A stretch of 20,000 nucleotides of DNA from an uncultured virus (IMG/VR IMGVR_UViG_3300008448_000047) (Duplodnaviria > Heunggongvirae > Uroviricota > Caudoviricetes), in IMG/VR virus record IMGVR_UViG_3300008448_000047. One strand, written 5' to 3'. The position numbers were made by a program, and so were the translations under genes. Shown one piece after another: positions 15,101-20,000 of this stretch; the first letter of the stretch is position 1; each line of letters opens with the position of its first letter. The notes beneath the pieces were generated by a model. That model ran no database searches. It was not told the origin of the DNA and worked only from the letters and a program-made list of their open reading frames with translations.

Positions 15101-17923
15101 TTCTCCGCCTTCTCTATAGACGCGTTCTGCTTCTGCGGCCCTCTCCTGTATGTCTTCTGACCAGTTCTCCCATTCAGGCTTGGTGATTGGACCCCATTCT
15201 GGGTGGAAGCCAATGTCATTGTTTTCCAACAAAAACATGATGTAATCATCTGCTGTTACTGGGTCTTCAAAACTAAGCGCCCTACGTCCGCCAGCCCATC
15301 TTGGCATTTGCCTCGGGTCGTCTAAAGGCTGCAACGGTATAGACGAATCTAAAGGCTTTCCAGCTTCGTAGTCAGCTATTAGTTTTGCTAGTTCTTCATC
15401 TAGGGCATCAAGCGCATTTTGTGTTGCCTGCTGTTGAGCCGGGGTCATGGTTCCCTGAGCAACACCAGCGGCAAGTTTTTCTTGAAGAACTCTTCTTCTT
15501 GCTTCCAGGCTCATCGCATCGTCGCCGGCCATATATGCAAGATTGTCCAGCAGGCGCAGCGGTGAATTTTCTTGGCCCGGTTGAGAAATTCTCTGGGCAA
15601 CATCAATTACACCAGCAGCATCGAGCTTTGTTGGGTCGACCATCTCTGGCAGTATGTAGCGATTAAACAGTTCTTCAATGTCTTCATTAGAGAGTACGTC
15701 AACATCAAGACGCGACAAAGTCCCATTCGGTGCCATTTTTTTGTACTCATCAAGGAAGCTTCTAACGAGAGGACGTTTGATTTGTGCTGCTGCAGCAACT
15801 TCAGACGGAAGAAGCGGAAGTTCATCTTTTCTTGGAGGTTTAATGGCTACGTTCGCTGCTTTGAGCGCGTCATTATGACCCTTGAACAGCTTGTCTAAAT
15901 CTTGGTCAGATAGGTCAAGGATTGCTCTTGCTGCAGTTGCGGCATCAGGATACTTGGCAATATGTGTCTGCATTTCAGGTGATAAATTAACCCTTGCAGT
16001 ACTTAGGGCTTCATCGAAGAGGAACCTCTTACGCCACTGACCGGCTTTCCACTGTGCTTTTTCTTGGTTTGTCCACTGTGAGTCTGGGCCAGACGGTGTT
16101 GCCATGCGTCCTGATATCCCACCCATGCGGCCGGAAATAGCGTCAAACCTTTCAAACGCCCTAGCTGTTGCCTCTATGTCTCTGCTTATTCTTCCAACGC
16201 GTCGCTCTCCACGACGTTCTGCTCGTTCGGCCGTGGAAGTAATTCTTCTAGCTGGCTGTATGGCTGTTCTCGGAGTCTTGTATCTACTAACGAAACCATC
16301 GGGAAGATTGTTTGCTCGGGCAAAAGTCTTAGTCATTTCTCCTTGTTTCGTGCGCGACGGCACAAAACCAAGAACTACATCTGACTTTCCGTCTGGGTCA
16401 AGACCATTTGACACATTGTTAAATAGGTCGTTTACCGCCCTGTCGTTTAGTCTTTGGCGCTTTAAGTCATTGTCTTTAAACGCCCATGAAACAAGTGAGC
16501 CCCAGTTGTTAACTTTTCCTCTAGAAACCGCTTCCATTGCCTCGTCTTTAACAGCTCCAAAACTGTTAACAGCAGCAAAAAGTTTGGGGTTATTTTTGCG
16601 AAAAGCACTGATGCGCTTTTTGCGTCGAGACTTTTGTCTTTCTACTGATTCACGAACGTCGTTAGCAAAAAGTCCGTTCTGTTTTGCAAATTCACCGTAA
16701 GAAAGACCGGAAGCTTTTTGCGTATCGAGCAACCTCTGGGCATCGTCTTCTGTCCATTTATCAGCATCTTCTGGGAGCCAATTAAGTTTAGATTCGCGTA
16801 CTTTTTCAGCCTTTGGTTTTGGCAATCTTTCTGGTCGCTGGAGCAACTGCCTACGAGGCTGAGGTTTTTCTTCCGGTGTTGGCGCTTGCGTCCTTTGAGG
16901 CCGCATTCTTGGCACCCACCGACTCGGTCTTCCGCCCGGGGTTGGGTCAATTACACCGCGACCACGGTTAATTGTGGGAATTCCTTCAAGAACTAAGCCG
17001 TCTAGGTCTTCGTCTCTCGCTGTTGCGGGATTCATATCCTGTCCGGTTGCTCCCAATCTAGGACGCAACGCACCAGGAGTTCTAAGAGTTCTTCTGGAAG
17101 AACGACGAGATAATGCCTTTTCCTCTATCAGACCATCGATTGATTTTGTTTCGATGCCGTCATAAAACTCAACGTGTTTTACGCCCCTAACTGAACGTTT
17201 GCGTGCCGTTCTTGCCGCATCCGTATTAGGGACAAACTGTTCTCCGCTGCGAGAACCCTGTATTTTCTTCCTGTTGGTAGCCGCTCTTTGCGCCGGTGTC
17301 AGCTTTGACCACGCTTTAGCTGGCAAGTATCTTCTGGTGTAGCTACCTCTGCGAGCTTTTTTACCGTCGCTCGTGGTCCATTTTTCTTTAGTCCACGAAG
17401 AAAGCGAACGTTGCGTTTTGCTTTTTCCGCCAGTCTTGTATCCGCCACCTGCTTTTTTATACGCCTGAGCGAGCATTTGCGCTTTTCTTGCAGACCACTG
17501 TCCGGGGGCTCCACCCTCAGAGCCAGCCATAATTCGCTGCTTGATTCTCTCGCGCAATTCCGGCTTTGTGTAGTTATTTTTTTTGCTTGCTTTCGTTTCG
17601 ACAGCTTCTTCTAAAGTCTTCTTTGCAAGCTTGCCTCGGCCGGTGATTTGCCTGATATCTCTTTCCAGCTGCTGGCGTCGGAACCTACGACCAGAAACAC
17701 CTATCCCGCTATATTTTCTGTAGTCGGACTCATTGGTGCATGGCATCCATGACTCTCCGCCTGAGCGGTTTAGATATCTTCTAATCCCAATACATCCAAG
17801 ACGTCGCGCAGCAACTCTGGCCGATTCTGGGTCAGAGAAAACGTCCGGGTCGGTAGTGCGCACTCTGCGCGGAGCCCCAAGAACGTCTTTTTGCTCAATG
17901 TCTATGTTCTGCGTATCAGTCAT
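6140..17923 (-). CDS. giant multi-domain (polyvalent) protein / putative polyprotein, 3927 aa
   Basis: Uninterrupted 11.8-kb ORF with several recognisable domains separated by ISGxM motifs. Same strand as, and upstream of, the capsid gene. Confidence 0.92.
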   Translation of the reverse strand: MTDTQNIDIEQKDVLGAPRRVRTTDPDVFSDPESARVAARRLGCIGIRRYLNRSGGESWMPCTNESDYRKYSGIGVSGRRFRRQQLERDIRQITGRGKLAKKTLEEAVETKASKKNNYTKPELRERIKQRIMAGSEGGAPGQWSARKAQMLAQAYKKAGGGYKTGGKSKTQRSLSSWTKEKWTTSDGKKARRGSYTRRYLPAKAWSKLTPAQRAATNRKKIQGSRSGEQFVPNTDAARTARKRSVRGVKHVEFYDGIETKSIDGLIEEKALSRRSSRRTLRTPGALRPRLGATGQDMNPATARDEDLDGLVLEGIPTINRGRGVIDPTPGGRPSRWVPRMRPQRTQAPTPEEKPQPRRQLLQRPERLPKPKAEKVRESKLNWLPEDADKWTEDDAQRLLDTQKASGLSYGEFAKQNGLFANDVRESVERQKSRRKKRISAFRKNNPKLFAAVNSFGAVKDEAMEAVSRGKVNNWGSLVSWAFKDNDLKRQRLNDRAVNDLFNNVSNGLDPDGKSDVVLGFVPSRTKQGEMTKTFARANNLPDGFVSRYKTPRTAIQPARRITSTAERAERRGERRVGRISRDIEATARAFERFDAISGRMGGISGRMATPSGPDSQWTNQEKAQWKAGQWRKRFLFDEALSTARVNLSPEMQTHIAKYPDAATAARAILDLSDQDLDKLFKGHNDALKAANVAIKPPRKDELPLLPSEVAAAAQIKRPLVRSFLDEYKKMAPNGTLSRLDVDVLSNEDIEELFNRYILPEMVDPTKLDAAGVIDVAQRISQPGQENSPLRLLDNLAYMAGDDAMSLEARRRVLQEKLAAGVAQGTMTPAQQQATQNALDALDEELAKLIADYEAGKPLDSSIPLQPLDDPRQMPRWAGGRRALSFEDPVTADDYIMFLLENNDIGFHPEWGPITKPEWENWSEDIQERAAEAERVYREGGELEAKDAIDALNAEYQQWTQVGLEAGWIQEPEEDEEFEEPQPERPIRDEFGVLDEDWVWNTEHGSPEELGVTDDPATWAQHPDNVEDDGVTLIPLDELEELILKYAPKQFQADLLEILKPSEWTDPHNGHIDQRYIDLPPELIDYFVGQAMGTMPPTPSSSGQMPTPNLGGIQGDGVGLSDPGGPRLRKGIPFIPRNINWDSALRMFQRILNKQGKQASSKGSYATASRQYDPALGVYDDWGALQLQNQFVEAAKEARELYVTGTGQDSRKAREQVWNLLQSGRTPQEISHELIIFGADQPDTNRPPQPIDLRDLVKAAATQYAIDNNIKTSDVTKLLNAADQAFNSDTARQEAFRRSQLERLRDDLTRLFSGQSPQQIISSIDGLIEETERKKWFADQAYRIERGHDARLRKAALDLAESYPVPTARRAIFMEPDGTITDSPSRRAKALYQEPYTGEVTDDDTRGWPQAFDEGYDPTQISRARHANRIYRWWRQNWGYIERNENGEITREYVGPLQGTLKAHQLHARKYGNEGLAGTTAYATRTADSRVQQLREVKRTIEGARQEGRGMGISGFMRSGGPNLYDEYSRKAARVLVSGRRKNKPSSMLLGYDSDEMPITRAMRTAFSGGSGKFLGASNEHSFAALMNPENVDYFKHLSPVEKDYFRALYSNPDFVVAVSKDVTAPLPNRTRGASTVSPDEAIINAFRSSMDATRPTISGQMGLRRTLSNASRVARYNPERWQREYLTARNSFRMTSPFRGKKKQNYKLEQITLKDSVFKPVEGLYLVDADTKNVIDGPFKSDELGLLASEKAKGAETSVISKNYPRPWEQMPEIQELIANGVSNELRDFMTLDSHKISDIRSTVYDTIEGKINQYALDLDKGVPQKASDTAIFSRDPDTGALMVLLIQRAFGPHKDDTGAWVLPGGFADPGETALETALRELEEEVGLKVSPTDARVKQIGTITAPDWDVRFTKGVEVSGTALFVSPDAAFKAGDDALRAQWFPVQDIADGKLPIGFGHVAWIKNAMALEVDDPANYGPDYESLRTGLDRVERATRARNKELIEISNSWRKELNKGRAKADKIKLFDEKNLGSYSAWELAPSDDMMRLGSISRMRLMGREVTPESIAADVERTRENRLSRVGSNFGPSISGRMGEGFENNMNDMHLRGMSSDEIKNKLRQENGVSEEDINRYVLYSGIQLSKTSDNVSASERKMFDEMISSGGSIRDLAKKNKISFTEAMDVVVKVESSIGNREPAINAALRKAIMNDSFISGAEKAAMVQRLHGASRASVAKFMGMSVERYGEVEASIIDNLKARNPKMFKSAGAWSSNPESLFAEQDIFMRYVHGKQPLNRIAEDLGMTEKMVDGIVKRYARWKNSNAPLERAAIKQSISQFGSALNAGEIQMMRRLSDGENIFQFSERTNMPKKAAIRMYNSAMRKMHMESGVSPLSRNFDANIYKAIPKEWISPSFLFEKNPPKATRAISGKMSDVAKSANKFNAEKRSYMTSPMSALREKVKDIRQEMRDQIQNLSSTSAYMHPVFGGQEGIDKMAALGAYIKRTIDESVLEAVVDAARKSGSRFSGDREEIAKRAMNKARKSLMEDLWMKREMIDFSLDMHEMIESASWPWRMWQPDSPEWQRHRNIPELMETYKTNTPKGRQAYINAGFYMPLGDNEMFEFLNAVEENNSISGRMSNPRQWAQSRDLYDIIGVSETATDEELKKAFRAKSRVLHPDVNNSPDATEQFKELGFAWETLSNSRLRNQYDSWRAGRTSRQSSSARPNNTDIADDDIDVSQYTDQDLYLYDDKGRLWPRHNANRDDWPTAPFTQSTVFPQRQWVEKEFDEWSDWTRHGIQPSRPAGSALWGEGRGTRDLGGDGEIDDDGQGGPGPSSGPRGPFNPTSGSPANAYFVEQQVRRDLGPDATDEEVLAELIRRMTGGGRGPSMSSSPGSISGRMSSSFPPLDDSVQKRLGLQNLPSSYDQSELTKQHPKLTFDVYKANIGEPSVEVTTTFGGKSNVSKYRYDNVYRPIIDALVAGVQRPTGGKRKFVSVGGPAGSGKTTDRKTGAHNIPTPGFALHVDADEIKTLLPEARALHAAGNPMWANAVHEESRVIADLALQEAISQGLDVVYDSTGQYNSGFETLQAARSAGYDIVMHYNTATPDALAESLERRSLTDPRSLPGHFNSAVMGRNRQIMPSVAKAADEFYLWDSTDISSRRLLASKPSASSPLEIKHEDAYVYADFDEATQKVKRGGRPTARLFQNRYAAESPEGKAIESFDAGQSIEDIASSSDMSKDRIFNVVTTGVIDPNMQYRPPVQPSSRPLISPEKKIDDFVSDDALESTWKSLTPAQQSIVKDVLNKTPGAMDAFENEELPMDIIIWAAQNGDISGRMSSAGIKKSAENQAISGRERSAARKARQLIANKGKYSEIKKAMKEAFTGVIVGNKDYIDRTKTNRGNEFNVIPIDVKVTNTGDGGYDRGGYTIPANKTRIEISGLVFPKHLGTNPSQLNDNNSLASFDRVLYFDDNSAEAEHKGMVVKFQQQGLGIGTALNARNEEIYRELGISEISLYGDNYSPEGLFGASHWPRNGYYWYDEDAKNKFLKKLSESVNDIFRGKLGDSERKTRDEIRALIKKSRKDKFGEGVTPEELLAWEDDGVTLPDTRIRYRRAVEPVSVSGRMGGSISGRITQPAEGWESFNSRREMRNAPKYRGKPWKDVKESLGGEPWPFKGQASQFDKKGPPGFSYFKGTGNGLQPGQWVDCLLWRDEKGILKGIVYHYPQDLPLEKKGNVNIFISPDSKRKGIASTLLSEAIKRYNVDLRQQRYSEEGARFVNQFVRRLPENSGGQISGSMATRYDKDRYSKEDVQDAILDVYGRGLQVADALEALRNEYDILMDRTDWTARLTRMRKAGILESYRLPNKEQTARKIKKSLTQKFVDKRIREVQRLIKSRPNLTHKEIAEIINTMPIPDGVNVARMTTGNVTNILRKGA
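6610..6830 (-). other. GNAT acetyltransferase domain 2 of the giant ORF
   Basis: IFISPDSKRKGIASTLL...YSEEGARF. Confidence 0.8.
7330..7570 (-). other. GNAT-like acetyltransferase domain 1 of the giant ORF
   Basis: Motif A QQQGLGIGTAL, followed by YRELGISEISL...GASHWPRNGY. Confidence 0.65.
8440..8980 (-). other. zeta-toxin-like P-loop kinase domain of the giant ORF
   Basis: GGPAGSGKT, then VDADEIKTLLPE, VHEES..IA and DVVYDSTG. Confidence 0.85.
9812..9997 (-). other. DnaJ (J) domain of the giant ORF
   Basis: DLYDIIGVSETATDEELKKAFR.....LHPDVN....ATEQFKEL..AWETLSN...RNQYD. HPD is at 9905-9913. Confidence 0.95.
10658..11644 (-). other. tandem HTH (sigma70 region 4-like) module of the giant ORF
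   Basis: Repeats SIRDLAKKNKISFTEA, GASRASVAKFMGMSVER, QPLNRIAEDLGMTEKMV and GENIFQFSERTNMPKKAA..MYNSAMRKM. Confidence 0.6.
12037..12450 (-). other. Nudix hydrolase domain of the giant ORF
   Basis: Intact Nudix box G-FADPG-E-TALETAL-RE-L-EEE-VGL, preceded by VLLIQR...W.LPGG and followed by AGDDA..A.WF. Confidence 0.92.
17198..17575 (-). other. DUF5872-like basic domain of the giant ORF
   Basis: YTKPELRERIK..I.AG..GG.PGQWSARKAQMLA..YKKAGGGY...SL..WTKEKW.T...RYLP.KAW..L...QFVPNT. Confidence 0.7.
17729..17842 (-). other. DUF3721-like domain of the giant ORF
   Basis: F.DPESARVAARRLGC.G......G.SWMPC pattern, recalled from memory of the family. Confidence 0.55.
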
Positions 17924-17943
17924 GTGTTTTGTAAAGATTTCTT

Positions 17944-18150
17944 CTACTCTGGTTTAGTATCTGCGATAAATTCGTCAACGACTGTCCAAACTGGATTAGA
18001 GGCAACAACGGACGATAAGTTAATTATTCCACCTTTTTCGCCGTTCCTGAGTATGTATCCAAAGTAGACAGGAGAATTTCCAACCATGACGGAATGGGTT
18101 TTAAACATTTTTTGTCTCCCACCTGGCCCGGTGGCAAATAGCTCAATCAC
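17944..18150 (-). CDS. hypothetical protein (68 aa)
   Basis: GTGA overlap with the upstream stop. GGTGAGG SD sequence. Confidence 0.6.
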   Translation of the reverse strand: MIELFATGPGGRQKMFKTHSVMVGNSPVYFGYILRNGEKGGIINLSSVVASNPVWTVVDEFIADTKPE

Positions 18151-20000
18151 GGCCTCACCACCTCTTCGCCAGCATTTGTTATATCACTGAGCAGAACAAC
18201 GGGAATGTTAAGAGATTCTGCAATTTTGGATATCTGAATAAATCCTTCATAATCCATAATGTCATCGGGAAATTCATCTGCTGCTTCCTCATAACCATCG
18301 TCGTCCTGCATCAGAATCATCCCATCAGGACCAAATGGAGGAAAATCAATATCCCCCCATCTAAAGTCGGTGTCGTCAACGACAATGTATTGAATGTCTT
18401 CCAGAGTTATCTTTGAATGAATTTGAGCTTCTGCATATTTGGACCTACCTATGGCACTCTTGTCGTCTGCGCTATTTGATACATCTCGGCCACGCTCGAT
18501 AAGAGAGATAATGTCGGCTGCCGAAACCCTTGTAAAGGGGGTGTCAGAAGTAAGCCTTTGTCCAAAAAGCCCATGCTGTGACGGGTTCTTTAACGTTGAA
18601 GCTGTTGACATCAAGGACAGTGAGTCAATTTCTGTCCAAGTAACCTTTTCATTCATGTCGGGGTTTAGGACAATTCTTATGGGTCCGTACTGGTTCGTGT
18701 TTTTTATTGCATCTTCTGTCATTCCGCCGACGTGCAAAATTCCGTAAGCAGGCCTCTTCCCCTTATATGAGGGGAGGATTCCGAACATCGCAAATTCTGC
18801 TGCGGCCCGAGCTGAAGTGTTGACATTGCCTTGGCTGGTGTTTGTTTCAAATAGCGTTTTAAACTCGTTATCAGCAAACATATTTAAAACAGCATTAATA
18901 GGCATGGCCACAGATACTTGCGACTCTTTCATTAGGTTTTCGTATCCAATATCGTCTATCGACTCATAATCGCTAGGAGATGTAGAAAGCAGGCCAGCGC
19001 CTATGGCAGAGTTCCACCAGTCAAGTGTGTCTTGGTTCGCCCTACGTCTATCGCTAATACCCATACGTTGCATGTTGTTGATTTTTAACCCTGCGTGTAT
19101 GGCCCGCATTGCTAGTCCGCTGGCTATGTCATTTACTTCTTGACTTAGGTCGCTTGTCATACTTCCCCCTGAACCAAATCCAGGAACACGAGAAATAAGG
19201 CCACGAAGCACTTGCATTGTGTTGCCGCCACGACCGTCAGGGTCTTCACGCGGTATGTCAGAGAAGCGGGTCATTGTGTCGGCCATGTCTCCTACGAAAT
19301 TTCTTATGAAGTCCCTATGACCGTCGTCTAGTTCAAAATCTTCACCAAAATCACCCAAGGCCATTATCTTGGAAACAGTTGCTCCAATCCATCCTCCGAG
19401 CCAACCTCTGAATTCCGATGCTGCATCGCGACCAGCGGTATCTTTAGAGCCCATGTAGAAGTCTGGATTTGTTTGTAGGTAACTAGCAAACCCAAGCTCC
19501 AATACCTTGTCCGTCAGCCCATTGACTAATTCTTTTATTTCTGGGTGATACGAACCTGGTACGAGCCACTCCAGTGGTGCGCCGGTATTGCGCGCATCCA
19601 AGACGTTGTCTACAGGGTTAGGCCTAACGTCGTACCCTTCATGTTTCGATGTGAAATGGTTCCCTAAATGCTCTGGCGTGTCGGGGTCGTATTCAAGGTC
19701 TTTCGCTTCTATGTCATTTTCTGGGGTATTTCCCATTTTCCCAGAAATTTGTCCTCTAGCTATTCTGTTGCTGAGTTTTCTCTGCAACATCGGCTTTGCT
19801 GCGGACATCCGCATTGAGGAATCCTGAACAAATGAATCAATAAAATTTTTAGAATCTGCGTCACTTACTACGCTCACATCAGCATTTTCGCTTATTAGTT
19901 TTTCTATAAATTCGTCAGCTAATTCTTCAATTAGGGACACTGTTTCGTCATCAACGGAGGGCATTAAATCTATTTGGGAGAAATTATCTCCTCTCCCCCA
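18147..20000 (-). CDS. C-terminal part of a probably larger protein with a DUF3626-like domain (likely 5'-truncated by the window edge)
   Basis: The frame stays open from 19964 to 20000 (WGRGDNFSQIDL before MPSV). It contains ISGKMG. The domain at about 18378-18917 reads FKTLFETNTSQG...R...E..MFG...RPAYGIL...QYG...VL...TWTEIDSL...YAEAQIH..ITLEDI. Confidence 0.8.
   Translation of the reverse strand, partial: WGRGDNFSQIDLMPSVDDETVSLIEELADEFIEKLISENADVSVVSDADSKNFIDSFVQDSSMRMSAAKPMLQRKLSNRIARGQISGKMGNTPENDIEAKDLEYDPDTPEHLGNHFTSKHEGYDVRPNPVDNVLDARNTGAPLEWLVPGSYHPEIKELVNGLTDKVLELGFASYLQTNPDFYMGSKDTAGRDAASEFRGWLGGWIGATVSKIMALGDFGEDFELDDGHRDFIRNFVGDMADTMTRFSDIPREDPDGRGGNTMQVLRGLISRVPGFGSGGSMTSDLSQEVNDIASGLAMRAIHAGLKINNMQRMGISDRRRANQDTLDWWNSAIGAGLLSTSPSDYESIDDIGYENLMKESQVSVAMPINAVLNMFADNEFKTLFETNTSQGNVNTSARAAAEFAMFGILPSYKGKRPAYGILHVGGMTEDAIKNTNQYGPIRIVLNPDMNEKVTWTEIDSLSLMSTASTLKNPSQHGLFGQRLTSDTPFTRVSAADIISLIERGRDVSNSADDKSAIGRSKYAEAQIHSKITLEDIQYIVVDDTDFRWGDIDFPPFGPDGMILMQDDDGYEEAADEFPDDIMDYEGFIQISKIAESLNIPVVLLSDITNAGEEVVRP

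Larger units (their letters stand above)
6557..19748 (-). repeat. dispersed peptide repeat [IV]SGxM (12 copies)
   Basis: Copies at 19734-19748, 16124-16138, 16103-16117, 13376-13390, 12941-12955, 11645-11659, 10643-10657, 10028-10042, 9242-9256, 7934-7948, 7073-7087 and 6557-6571. Confidence 0.9.

Noticed and set aside
6557..16138. ISGxM as an SD plus internal start codon, or as a DNA/CRISPR-like repeat
   Set aside because: The GGN codon is only 3 nt from the ATG, codons vary synonymously and spacing is irregular. This is disfavoured but not formally excluded.
6140..17923. Tape measure protein, intein-containing protein or assembly chimera
   Set aside because: No tape-measure repeats or transmembrane segments and no intein terminal motifs were noticed. 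A single open frame with a consistent linker motif argues against a chimera.
6839..17957. Many short ORFs within or antisense to the giant ORF
   Set aside because: They are shadow frames of a long coding region, with no domain or RBS support.
19962..19964. ATG as the true start of the 605-aa ORF
   Set aside because: The frame is open to the window edge and there is no well-spaced SD, so the gene probably begins outside the window.
1..20000. tRNA, rRNA, CRISPR array, integrase or transposase
   Set aside because: None seen. The intergenic gaps are short and mostly explained by promoters and terminators.

Overview
The window is a gene-dense segment of a tailed dsDNA phage, probably infecting an actinobacterium (inferred from the SSB style, an Rpf-type transglycosylase and apparent leaderless genes). 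The left part holds a truncated ParB-like gene, SSB, a secreted double lytic transglycosylase, small hypothetical genes, a HiPIP-like Cys protein, a thermonuclease and an HK97-fold major capsid protein. Upstream of the capsid gene lies an 11.8-kb ORF (3927 aa), preceded by the 3' part of a second protein whose frame stays open to the right edge. The 3927-aa ORF is a chain of modules: DUF3721-like, DUF5872-like, Nudix, tandem HTH, DnaJ, zeta-type P-loop kinase, two GNATs and an HTH. Most modules are separated by a recurring peptide, [IV]-S-G-x-M-[G/S/A], with 11 copies in this ORF and 1 in the neighbouring one. The motif is conserved in protein but not in DNA. My main hypothesis is a virion-associated effector polyprotein that is cut at, or tagged by, this motif. 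All domain calls come from recognising motifs by eye; no searches were run.
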